From Nymphaea colorata (lineage: Eukaryota), in NCBI RefSeq assembly GCF_008831285.2, contig NC_045138.2:15190001-15254000 (forward strand): a stretch of 64,000 bases of DNA, read 5' to 3'. Each line of letters starts with the position of its first letter. Within the stretch, counting starts at the first letter, position 1. This document shows, one piece after another, positions 13,813 to 26,074 of the stretch. The notes below the pieces were generated by a model. The model did no database searches and was not told where the DNA came from. It worked only from the letters and a program-made list of their open reading frames with translations. Made by a program: the position numbers and the translations under genes.

Positions 13813-16800
13813 ATGGAATCACGAATGGATCAGTATGAGGTAATGGAACGGATAGGCAGGGGAGCATTTGGTGCAGCAATCCTTGTAAATCACAAGGCAG
13901 AGAAGCAGAAGTAAGTGCTCTCCGTTTCCTATTCTATTTTTTTCTGTCTTGGATTATAATTTTCGTCTTTACTCTAACCGGTGCTTCTACCTTTAAAATT
14001 CAGGTATGTTCTTAAAAAGATACGACTGGCACGACAAACTGAACGTTGCAGGAGATCCGCTCACCAGGAGGTAAGGCATCATATTATTAGGTACTGGTGG
14101 CTATTTTGGTTGATCGTTGTCCTTGATTTCAACACCGCGCATGGTTGCCATTTACTTGCTGCAGATGGCACTTATTGCACGGATTCAGCATCCTTACATT
14201 GTAGAATTCAAGGAGGCATGGGTGGAGAAGGTATAAATACATTTTGAACTCCAGGCGGCTCATAACTTAATGAGTAGATTCTTCTTCTTATGTGCGTCTC
14301 GCTTCATAGATGGTTTGTCAGTTCGTTGATCGTTTATGCTCACATGGACCCTGGGGCTATAAAGTGATAACTTTGAGCAATAGCGAAATCAACTTAGCTG
14401 ACCTGTAGTTGGTAGACTATGCAATACGGGTGGCTGCTCTGCTTGGAGCCAAGCCCGAAGTGTCAGGCTCATTAACTTCAGGTTCTAGTGTTCCTGTAGT
14501 TACCCTAATTATAGCAAAAAAAACTACAGAGTGCTGATTTTTCCGGCATAAACTGATCAATTGGTTTCATCTTGTCTATTACCAGTTTGAGGATAAGCTA
14601 TATATAGTAGTAGTGACGGCCTTTCAGTGGTTGGCACTGATTTCCTTCTGCAAACAGTTCAAGATAGTGACTTATATCGGTATCCTTCTCCTGCAATCAA
14701 TGGAAAAGTTCATCGTTTTGGCTTTTGGAAACATATTAATTTTTAGGTTGACATAGTCGTACTGCTTATAATGTTTTGTCCTTTTCTTGTACATCAATTG
14801 AACTCTTTAGGAATAACTTATGTGAGCTTATATGTGACATAGGGTTGCTACGTGTGCATTATCACAGGCTATTGTGAAGGTGGAGACATGTAAGTGCCAC
14901 TTCTTACCAGAAATGGTTGCTCAATACTCATACCACTGAAATGACTTGCTACTTCATGAGAAGTCGTTCTTAGCATTATTATTTGCTTGTTTTTAGGGCG
15001 GAGTTAATGAAGAAATCAAATGGTGACTTATTCCCAGAGGAGGTATACCCTTCTTGATTTAGCCAGGGATATCAATGTTGATCAGATTGGCATTTAATTG
15101 TTTTATGCTTGGTTCTTGCATTTATCACTTCCTAGTTGCCATTCTCAATTTGTCATGCTAAGTGTTTTGTCAACACTGTCCAGAAACTGTGCAAATGGTT
15201 TACGCAACTCTTATTGGCGGTGGAGTACTTACATTCAAACTTTGTCCTGCATAGGGATCTCAAGGTTGGTTTCTGGTAATTAGATTCCTAAAATTTGATT
15301 TCTGCTAGAGTGCTTCTTCTTGTTTACCAACTTGCGTACTCACATGAATCTGATCACATTGCCTCTTGATGTGATAGTGTCACCTCATTTTTGAAGGAGC
15401 ATCAGAAGGTTTTAATAGGAAAGCTTTCTGTCGGCATAACCATAAATGGAAGGAATTGAAACTGCTCTAAACTGTGTTTCGAACTTCAGAAATATCTTGG
15501 GGAAATCATGTGAGGATACACAAAGTTGTTGGGATTGGAACACAATCTTTCATTTGTTCAAATAACTTCCAACTGTCAATAACTCCAGGAAGTTGCTTTT
15601 GACTTTCTTATTCCTAAAAATTGGCTATATTGTGGGATCGCCTGGCATAAATACAAGCATGTTCCACCCTTAGATAATTATGAACACATTTTAAGCAAAC
15701 TAACTAAAAGCTTTCATATGCTCTTTTTTTCGTATTAATTTAAGGAAACTGACTAAAAGCTTTTATGTGCTTTTTTTATTTATTTAAAATGTTTGGCTTT
15801 GGAATCGATTTAAGACTTTAAGTATGAAGATGTACAGAACGAATTTGGCAAGAATACATCAAAGCAAATTTCTCTCGGGTACATTTGCATGGTCCCACTC
15901 ACTTGGAAACATCATCTCAAGTTATATGGTGCCTTATATGATATGCATCCACCTTGGTTGATTGCAGTTTGAAAACCATCATCATCATTAGCAACAATGA
16001 TGTACCCAAATGTTTCAAGGTATGCATTTTCAAAGTTAGTCCTACACTCCTACATGAAAGGAGAAAAGTGCTTTTATCTTGCGCTCTTTACGGTTATCTG
16101 ACCCATGTGAATGACATATAAGTGAATGAGATAAAAAAAGATTAGTTCACCACTTTCAATTTGTGTTTCAAAATGTTTGAACTTTTGATGTTCTAAAATT
16201 TTGATAGTCTGGCACAGCTCATGGTGCTGATTGCCAGTCTCAGTGGAAGCTCACATGCTCCTAGGATAAATAAGGAAAGTGAATGTTCTAATGACATGGA
16301 CTATAAGAATTTTATATCTACATTTGTTCCTATATCGGATACCTGAGCTGCTACTTGCATGAGCCTGTCTTTAGAAGCTGCATTACTAATTTATTCACTT
16401 ATTTGTGCATTGAAAGTATAAAATCTGATTCCTTTTAACATTGCCTTGTAGTGCTCCAATATATTCCTCACTAAGGAACATGATGTTCGTCTTGGTAAGT
16501 GCTTCTACAACAATGGCAAAGATTGCTTTCACATATCTGCAATTCTAAGTTGTCGGTGGAATTGGGTATTCTTTATCTTACCTTCTTCCCATTTGCAGGT
16601 GACTTTGGACTTGCTAAAACTTTAAAGGCAGACGATTTGGCATCTTCTGTATGTCATTTGCTCTTGATTTTGTTTTTTTAGTTGACCTCAATTCAGCAGA
16701 CTGTTAATATGTATCTTTCTTCTGTTCATTATTTTTCTCTCACTGAATCAGTGGGACAGTATCCTTTAATTTGTTCCTTAGTATACTCTATTTCAGATTT

Positions 16801-19800
16801 TTGTGTGTACGAACTTATGTAAATATGTTAGAGGTATTAGAGGTAAATATATGCCTGCGCCATAAGTCAAGTAACAAGCATTGAAAGATGTCACAGATAC
16901 AGGCATCACCTTGAAATTATTGTTCTTCATATTCGGAAGTTTTATCTTTTATGTGTGCTATTGTCCGTGATAAAGATGCATAGGTACATCCTTTTTCGAT
17001 GAGTAGGACATCCCTTCATACGCATTAACTTATTTTTTCCTTCTTAGTTGCTTGGTCTCTGAGCCTTTTGAGTCTACAAAATTTCGCCTGTGTATGATGT
17101 CCTTGCATTTGCTATGATAAAATTATGCAATTCCGGTTCTCCAGTTGATCTTTGATTTCTCTGGTGGTTTGACCTATTTGACATGTGCTTATATGACTCT
17201 TTAAAGACAATACTTTATTATTGGTTTTTTCTCTGTGGCACTTATGATATTGATTCTCTAATGTAATATTAATCCTGGCTTTGTACCTTTAAGAAACATT
17301 TACCACATTACTAATTAATTCTTTTGTTTCAACTTTCAAGTTGGTAATAAATGGAAGGAAACGTTGGTAGCTGATGACACCTTTTTTCTTTCTTTTTTTT
17401 CTCTTTTAATAATTTCTGCAGGTAGTGGGAACTCCTAATTACATGTGTCCAGAGCTTTTGGCAGACATTCCATATGGTTTTAAATCTGATATTTGGTCTC
17501 TAGGTGCTCTCTCTCTCTCTCCATGTGCATGTGTATGTATGTGTGTTCCATTGTTATGAGCTTATCTTTTACTATGGTATTTGAAATTGGATTTCATGTC
17601 GTCTCACAGGCTGCTGTATGTATGAGATTGCTGCACATCGTCCAGCATTTAAAGCTTTTGTAAGTCTTTCTATCATATACCTGTGCAACGGGCTATAACC
17701 AATAAATATGATATATTTCTAGGACACTCAATAGTTTTCTTTCCTGGAGAAATAAACTTCAAATGAAGTAGGCTGAAAATGAAATAAACTATCAAGAAAA
17801 TGTTCTTGAAATTGTCTTGGGTTTAACAAAGAATAGCCTGCTTCAGGCATGTAAATACACAACTTGACTGCAAAATACACTTCAAAAATTTTCCTCAAAT
17901 GCCAGACATGTAAGAAGATCTGCACATTGTGTTCACTATTCCTTGGTGAAACATAGTGCTGTATTTCTCGTCGGTGAACGATAACTGTCACTTAGAGAAA
18001 CTTCAAGTTTCAATAGTGGTGATCTAGCTTCTTCCTAAATTTGATATTTTTGTCATATATGTCTCTAATTGTGTTCCTATTCATCTTTAGGATATGGCTG
18101 GGCTTATTAGCAAAATAAATCGTTCCTCAATTGGTCCACTGCCGCCATGTTATTCTTCTTCTTTGTAAGTATGTAGAGCCTTATGTCTTTTGCTGCCCTC
18201 TTTGATTCTCAGGATTAGAGTATTGGTTTTAGTCATTAGCTTCAAACACGACCTAAAAAACACAAATAGTTTGAAAGAGGCCTTTCTTACTTGATGTGTT
18301 GACGTGAAATCATGTTCCCATTTTCTTTAAGTCATTTTTCTGGTGTCATTTGGTATTCATGATGCCAAAGTCCACAAAGTCATCCACATTTCAAGTGTAA
18401 TCCCACTTATTCAAAAAGTTTGGGGCTTAAGCTTTTGTTTATTTTGTCCTCAAAAATTTTGCATTTCTGTGGACTGATTCAGTCCATGCAAGACTCTATC
18501 CATGCTAGAATGGATGACTTTGCACAAACTCTGGTAAGCACTCATCAAAGTCATGCATGTGCCTTTTCTGTATGTGCATGAAATTTCTGTGCCGGACGTG
18601 AATTTTATGGGGCTAAACATTATGTTGAAGTTATATTTGAAGACTAGGTGAGAGAAAAGAAAAACCTTCGGCCAACATAGTATTACATTAAAAGGGATTG
18701 ACAATACTGCATTTAGCCCTTCAAATGAGTGTATTTACACTGCATTAACATGAACCAATGACCTCTAGTTTCACTATTTTTGTCCTTAAGGTAGCTCTAT
18801 CTTGACTTAGCTGTTTTTACCACAGCCAAAAGTATCGTGATATTTTCGAAATATCACAGTATTAACGAGAAAAATGATAAAAATGCGTCTTTTTGAAAAA
18901 AAACGTGAAAAATGTATTTTATCAGATTCTTATAGCATTTCTTTTCTGTCCTTTTCCTATTCTTCCATTTTTCTGTTCTTTAACGTTAGTGACATCATGG
19001 ATTCACCTTTAACTTGAACTGAATTATTTAGTATCATTCTTACAGTGGTCATTATATTATTTTCTTATTTGTCTTATAACTTTTAGGATTTTTTTTTTCA
19101 TTTTTCAAAAATTTGCCAAGATTTTCCCGAAATGTTCTTGAGAAAAGCAACTTTGCCAAAAAAGACCTGAGAAAAACCTTGCTGCTACAAACCTGAGAAT
19201 GATATTTGTGGCTATGGTTTTAGCCCTCAAATTACTTTAATCAAATAGTCTGATTTGGATTGGCAATTTTCAATTATTCTATGAACCACATGCCCCAAGG
19301 AAATGTAACTAGGCCAGTTTCTTGTCAGTCGTCTTCTTCTACATGGATGAGGTGCCAAAAAAAAAAATTATACTTTCGTCCACAGCGATACTTTCCACTT
19401 TTTCATGTTCTTTCGGTACCTTTCACATTTTATCTTTCAAGAATGATAGAAAAAAGTGCTTTGAAACATCCCTTGACGGGTTTTTCTTCATCCTACTGCA
19501 TCTTGTATGGCTGCAAAAACCTAACAAAAACTTTTTTTTTTCTCCTTATGCATTGCTCAATAGCCACCACATCGCTTGTTTGTATTGCCTGGATTCTGTT
19601 ATATAGAGCAGATGAGAAGAATTACTGTGTGCTATAAAATGCAGGAAAACACTTATCAAGAGTATGCTGAGAAAAAATCCAGAGTATCGACCTAGTGTAA
19701 GTTCTAGCCTCCGAGTGTTTCACCGAAGCCATATTCATTTTCTTTTATTTTTGTAATAGGCAATTAATTTGACAGGCATCGGAAATTTTGAGGCATCCTT

Positions 19801-22800
19801 TTTTGCAACCATATGTTGATCAATGTCGCGCATCCATGGATACTATAGCATCCGCTGCACCCGAGAAGCCCATGCGCAGTATCCATCACAATCACAGCAT
19901 GGCCAGAAGTGAAAATAGTAGCAAATGTAGCAGTGACAGGGAGAGTGTACTCTCTAGTGGAAAAGGCAGTAACGGTCTCGAGCTTGATGTCCAGAAGGCT
20001 AATGAAACAACAAGAAGCTCAAATAGTGATTTGGTGGACTGTGCTAACAGCTGCACTCATTCACCAGTCGAAACATCTCATTTATCAAATGATAAATCTG
20101 TTTCAAGCATCAAGTGTACAGAAGAAAAGCCACATGTGACCAGTGCTTGTCATGATGGTCACAAACGTAAACTTGATGTAAAACCACCAACTGTAAAGAG
20201 CATATTAGTTGCTTTAAAAGAGGAAGCCAAGTCTAGGGAGAGCAGTTCACCTCTTAGAAGCAGTCGTTCCAAGATCAATCACTGTCTTGGGATTGATGGC
20301 CACAAGGCTAATGGGACAGCAAGAGATGTAATTGATGATCTAATGGACTCCGCTAGCAGCTGCACTAAATCACCAGTCAGGTCATCTCGTTCGTCAAAAG
20401 AAAGTTCTGCCCCAAGCGTCAGAACTACAGAAGAAAGGCAATCCGGAACCAAGTCTCCTTGTGATGATAACAAAACGAAAGCTGATGAAAAGCCAACAAA
20501 AAATGTGAAGACCATATTGGTTGCTTTGAAGGAGCAGGCCAGGGCTAGGGAAAATAGCTCACCTGTTAGAAGCAGTCGTCCCAAGAGCAGTGGAGTACCA
20601 AACCAAAAGGATAATGATGCACTATCTACTGCTTCCAAGACTTCTGCTTCAACGCCTTGCTCACCAATGCATAGTAATGATAAGGCTGTTGCTGTATCTA
20701 AAGCTAATGCTGATCCAGCTAAAAAGACACCAACGGTGCACTCATTGAAGCATGCGGTGAGAGGATAAGTTTTTCTTATTTTGACTTCTCTGACTTTGAC
20801 TTTTGTTTGTGTATCTTGGACAATATGCCGCTGTTGGGCTAGCATGTTAACCTTCAACGGGGAAGTCTCATCATCCCATCATTATTGTTTTTTGGTTTCC
20901 TCTTCACAGTTGCCTGCATTGGATGGATCGCCTAGGAGTAAAGCAAGAGTTGAAGGAGCGCGATTTTCTGAACCCTCAAAGCATGTTACGGAAGATGCAT
21001 TTTCTGGAAAGCCAAGTCAGCAGCATCCGTTTCCCAGGTTGGCAAAAAAACCATTTCCTGTACAGATGAAAGATGCCGAAGTTGGTGTAGAGGTGGTGGA
21101 ACAACCAATAGGTGAGATTGACCAAAACATTGAGAGAGCTCCACTGAAATCTAGCAGTAAAGCAAGAGTTGAAGGAGTGCGATTGTCTGAACCCTCAAAG
21201 CATGTTACGGATGACGCACTTTCTGGAAACCCAAGTCAACAGCATCCGTTTCCCAGGTTGGCAAAAAAACCATTTTCTGTACAGACGAAAGATGCCGAAG
21301 TTGGTGTAGAGGTGGTGGAACAGGCAATAGGTGAGATTGACCAAGACATTGAGAGAGCTCCACTGAAATCTAGCAGTAAAGCAAGAGTTGAAGGAGTGCG
21401 ATTGTCTGAACCCTCAAAGCTTGTCAGGGAAGATGCACTTTCTGGAAACCCAAGTCAACAGCATCCGTTTCCCAGGTTGGCAAAAAAACCATTTCCTGTA
21501 CAGATGAAAGATGCCGAAGTTGGTGTAGAGGTGGTGGAGCAACCAATAAGTGAGATTGACCAAGACGTTGAGAGGGCTCCACTGAAATCTAGTAGTAAAG
21601 CAAGAGTTGAAGGAGTGCGATTGTCTGAACCCTCAAAGCATGTTACGGATGACGCACTTTCTGGAAACCCAAGTCAACAGCATCCGTTTCCCAGGTTGGC
21701 AAAAAAACCATTTTCTGTACAGACGAAAGATGCCGAAGTTGGTGTAGAGGTGGTGGAACAGGCAATAGGTGAGATTGACCAAGACATTGAGAGAGCTCCA
21801 CTGAAATCTAGCAGTAAAGCAAGAGTTGAAGGAGTGCGATTGTCTGAACCCTCACAGCATGTTACACAAGATGCACTTTCTGGGAAGCCAAGTCAACAGC
21901 ATCCGTTTCCGAGGTCGGCAAAAAAACCATTTCCTGTACAGATGAAAGATGCCGAAGCCGGTGTAGAGGTGGTGGAGCAACCAATAGGTGAGATCGACCA
22001 AGACGTTGAGAAAGGTTCAAGGAAATCTAGCAGACATACACGAACAGATGGCCTAAGTTCCAAATCGTCATGTGGGAGCGAGCAGGATTTTGAATTTTCT
22101 GCAGTGGTTTCAAGCATTACAAGAGGAAAGGAGCAACGACAAGTACAGAAAATGTCAAGTTACAGCGATCACCTCTTAAAAGAAAGTTCTCCTACGCTCC
22201 CGTGTCTTGAAGTACAAACTCTTAATAGTTGTTTGAAATTAACTTCTCAGCCAGTGATGCAAGATTTGGAGCTTGGCACAAAGAGTGACTGGAGCAACCC
22301 ATGTTGTATGCCTCCTGTTCCTGATTATGAAGTTCACTTTCGAAGCAAAATTCCTGAACCAGATCCTTCTGCCTATTCTACCTCATCTACAGCATTTCCC
22401 GGGTCTCAATCAGTAGACAGAGCCGCGCACATGGATAAGTCTTTCTCGACAAGAACCAGCGAACCACGAAAAGATGGAGGCCTGCAAGATGGTGTCAGCA
22501 TCAATAATGAAGTGAAGCCTTTCTTTACCCCTACTATCGAACAGCCTAACACTTCTCCTGGAATGGAACCCTCTGCAACCAAACTTAGTGAACAAGGCAA
22601 AAAAGCAGAGTCTGCATCTGGTAATCTTAATCTACCGACTGGGGATGACAAATTCACTGTAACAGAACTTCGCTCCTCTCTCCCCGATATGGCTTCTTGC
22701 TCCATGCCAACTACAACAACAATTCTACATCCTGAGAATGAAAGTAATATGCCTGAGAAGCCATTAACACATCCTGGTCCAGCCGTTGATGATGTCGTAC

Positions 22801-23210
22801 ATGTGATAAGGCACAGCAGTTTTCGAGTAGGAAATGAGCAACAAACGTTAGAACCAGTGGATCAGATTATGGACGTAGGGAAACTAATTAATGTGGTGAG
22901 TGAGGACACGCAAGCCAAATCTGTGAAACCAAGTCTGGCTCACGACGCGGGAAACAAAGATGAGATTCCAGACAAGGACGAGAATCCAGAGAGGGAACCA
23001 TTGGATGTTAATTCATACAGACAGAGAGCAGATGCACTTGAAGGGCTCCTGGAGCTCTCTGCAGACCTGCTACAGCAGAAGCGTCTTGACGAGCTTGCGG
23101 TGGTCCTAAGACCATTTGGGAAGGACAAGGTTTCCCCAAGAGAGACAGCTATATGGTTGGCAAAAAGCTTAAAGGGGATGAATGAGGGGACTCCTGGACG
23201 TCATGCTTGA
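13813..23210 (+). CDS. NEK5: NIMA-related Ser/Thr kinase, NEK6/IBO1 (Nek5) clade, copy 2, with an expanded repetitive tail; about 1345 aa, 14 coding exons
   Basis: Exons: 13813-13910, 14004-14070, 14165-14230, 14843-14889, 14997-15042, 15184-15264, 16452-16494, 16599-16648, 17422-17503, 17610-17659, 18091-18164, 19645-19696, 19776-20756, 20910-23210 (4038 nt). The first 12 exons have the same lengths as in copy 1. All catalytic motifs and the C-terminal plant NEK motif are intact. Confidence 0.92.
15691..15777. repeat. About 49-bp tandem duplication in intron 6 of NEK copy 2
   Basis: TTAAGCAAACTAACTAAAAGCTTTCATATGCTCTTTTTT is followed by TTAAGGAAACTGACTAAAAGCTTTTATGTGCTTTTTTT. Confidence 0.75.
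18821..19216. mobile_element. Non-autonomous hAT-like TIR element in intron 11 of NEK copy 2
   Basis: TIRs are CACAGCCAAAAGTATC and, read as reverse complement, CATAGCCACAAATATC. Flanks GTTTTTAC and GTTTTAGC resemble a decayed 8-bp TSD. The corresponding intron of copy 1 is only 187 nt. Confidence 0.55.
19968..20585 (+). repeat. Diverged in-frame duplication (102 + 104 aa) in exon 13 of NEK copy 2
   Basis: Unit 1 is [13 protein letters not shown]...[14 protein letters not shown]...[27 protein letters not shown]. Unit 2 is [14 protein letters not shown]...[14 protein letters not shown]...[27 protein letters not shown]. Copy 1 has a single unit. Confidence 0.88.
20937..22031 (+). repeat. Coding tandem repeat, 5 x 219 bp (73 aa), in exon 14 of NEK copy 2
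   Basis: Units begin AGTAAAGCAAGAGTTGAAGGAG at 20937, 21156, 21375, 21594 and 21813. Units 2 and 4 appear identical by eye. Confidence 0.97.
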
Positions 23211-23347
23211 CTTAACGGTGGACTACAAGTCCATGATCGGGTTTCCATTCCAATAGAAGGTCTTCTTTCTTAGCCTGCCAAGTGTCAAGTGGTCTACACT
23301 TGACTCCACAGGTTTTCTTTTCACCCAAGCTTCCCAGTAATCGGCCA

Positions 23348-23721
23348 TTCCTGGATATTGAGTTTCTTAGGTTATGCTTTTCTTGGTTATTCGTTCGCTA
23401 GCTTGAGAAATTGAAGGCCTGGAAGTGTGGGTCACATGATATGGTCCACTGTCTTCTCAAGGCTTAGAGCTGGGTTGCTAACTTTGGGAAAGTCAAGCAC
23501 CTGCGAACGTATTTCTGCCTTGTGAATTGAGTTAACGGTGGCTTCCAGGATACTGAGTTTCTTAGGTTATGATTCTCTTGGTCGTTCGTCCTCTAACTTA
23601 AGAAATCGAAAGCCTGGAAGTGTGGTTCACATGATATGGTCCAATGTCTTTTCATGGCTTAGAGCTGGACTGCCAACTTTGGGAAAGTTAAGCATCTGAG
23701 AACATCTTTCTGCCTTCTGAA
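23348..23721. repeat. Tandem duplication, period about 195 bp, just 3' of the NEK copy 2 stop codon
   Basis: GGATA(T/C)TGAGTTTCTTAGGTTATG...GCCTGGAAGTGTGG(G/T)TCACATGATATGGTCCA...GGCTTAGAGCTGG...AACTTTGGGAAAGT...TTTCTGCCTT occurs at 23353 and 23548. Confidence 0.88.
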
Positions 23722-25062
23722 AGTCGGTAGCAGGTTTGGACCAGTTGCTGACTTTCATACGGTACTGTATTTTTATTTTCTCAAGAGAGACTCTGAGACA
23801 CGAGAAGCTTCTCATGTTTGCAAATAACTTGAACAAGTGCTGCAAACATGTGGAAGTGTACAGTTTGCGCTACACAACCAGAAGAACTTGAGCTCGAGTT
23901 ACAGGGGTTGGGGAAAATCCCTTAATTTCCTCGTTATTTTCTGTTGCTTTCTTTTTTTCAGCTTGACCAGATTTGCACAGTGGTTTCTGTCTTCGTACAA
24001 TCTTTCAATTCTTTGATTTCAGCTGCAAGCTCAATTTCTGGTTTCCCATTTGTCAGTTCTTGACACAATGTAGAAAATGGTAGTTGTGCCCTGAACAACA
24101 TGAATTAATGTATTGCCAGTTCATAACTTGGGCACCATTTTCTTCATCATATTGAACCTGAAAGCTTGCTCTTTTCTCACACAAAAAACTGAAGTTCCTC
24201 ACCTCTAATGTTAAAAGGATCACTATTAAAATCACCGCTTTATTATGAATCAGTATTCTTCGGTGGTACATTAAGTTGCGGGATGGTGTACATTTGTTAG
24301 AGCACACCTTGTTCGTTTCCTTTGTTTTCTTACTTGCGCCTTAACGTGTCTTGCTCTGTGCATTATGCCATGGCGGACCAATTACCAGAAAAAAGAGGCA
24401 AACAGAAGTTATTAAATATTGTCACTTCACATTTCAAAAATTGCTCATCACTATTGTTGTCTCTGTAGCTACTATATATACATATTGCCAAATAGATATG
24501 TTCGTAACTCAGTTACATCTTACTCTTTACAATCGGAGCACATCAAGAGTCCAGAAAATCCTGACAAAGCTACCTTGAGAAGTACAGAAATTTCACCATC
24601 TGCCAATTGCCTTATCAAAGGCCTTAACCTCAACCACAACAGGAGCAAGATAAAGAGAGTTGAATGAAGGGAGAAACTTGCCAATATCCTGACCGTGCCT
24701 TTGTGAAAGTTCAACAATTTTTCTGCAGACCTAACATGGAGCTTAAGGGATGTTGACCAAGATATATTGCGCAATTAATGATCAAGCATTGAATGGAAGA
24801 TGAAGCAGAAAAGGTGAAAAGTGTTTCCAGGTCCATGAAGTGACGAAGATGCTTGAAAAAAAGTAGGGGTATGGAATGACCAAAATACCATTTTTTAGAA
24901 AAGGAAAACCAGTTTTGTTGGGGCGTTTCACTCACACAACTATTCAATTCAACTGCACAACTATGATCCAGCTGATACCATTAACTCCGTGAGGCATTAT
25001 TTAGTAAGACAAGGCTTGTAGCATGTATGATATGCAAAAAACCAAAGGCTCACAATGTAGAG

Positions 25063-25109
25063 ACTTCTCGAGTGAAAAAGCTATATACTTCTCGAGTGAA
25101 AAAGCTATA
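25063..25109. repeat. Direct repeat, 24-bp period, two copies
   Basis: ACTTCTCGAGTGAAAAAGCTATA at 25063 and 25087. Confidence 0.85.
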
Positions 25110-25778
25110 CTATTAGTTTCTGTCCGGAAAAATATGCTGAACACATCTAGAAAGTTTACCGAATAAAGAAAAAGACAATCTAAGCTTATAGTTTTCTATA
25201 GTAGGAAATAGGTGCATACAAGAGTGTGTGTGTGTGTGTGTGCATGAAATAGGAAACACGTACATGCCAAAAAATCTTGAATCTGCGATGAGAAACCCTG
25301 GTTCAAAAACATATGAACACAAAAATCTGGACGCCGCTGAAACTACAAAAGTAAATTTCAACACGAAGGCCCTTCCTCAAGAACAACGAAGAAAGAAACC
25401 CTTTGCTTGCAGATTGGACATGCCAGGAACTATAGAGACAGTCTACAAGCTTTAAGCCTCTAACCAGACTGGGGTCTTCTTCATCAGCCGATTATATCAG
25501 CTTGCAGCCTTGAAAATCTATGACTTCTTGCAAAGGGTTGTCAGTGGAGAAACTAAACTGCAAAATGGCGATGGGACCGATCATTACAAAATGAGAAAAT
25601 CACTAAATTAATTTTATAAATGACCAATGAATTGCACAATAGAGTTACACCATATTACACCTCTTTAAGAAGCTGAAACGTTTCAACAGCCAGGAGCCAA
25701 GATGCATGCAGGCAAGTCGCAGAAGACAATTTTTAAGCTAGATATGTTTCCGATTGATTTTAGGATGACCCTTTTGAG

Positions 25779-26027
25779 TCATTCGTCAGAAATTGCCCCT
25801 TTTTTCTTCGTCTCAGAAACTGTTTGACGCACAAACTGTCCTTTCAGCCGTGGCCGTTGCTCTGCTAATTTCTTCCTGCTGTAGTATCTGACCTGTGGAA
25901 CATGATTATCGGGCTTCAGGTGTACTGGAAAACAAGGTACTATATTTTCCACCTATTAAAGTTGTACAACTGGTGCAACCATTTTCTTTGTGAAAGGTCA
26001 AAAGAAAGTACGACGATCGAGATGCTC

Positions 26028-26074
<47 letters not shown>

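Noticed and set aside
20937..22031. CRISPR-like or satellite interpretation of the 219-bp repeats
   Set aside because: There are no unique spacers, the context is eukaryotic, and the repeats are in-frame coding sequence.
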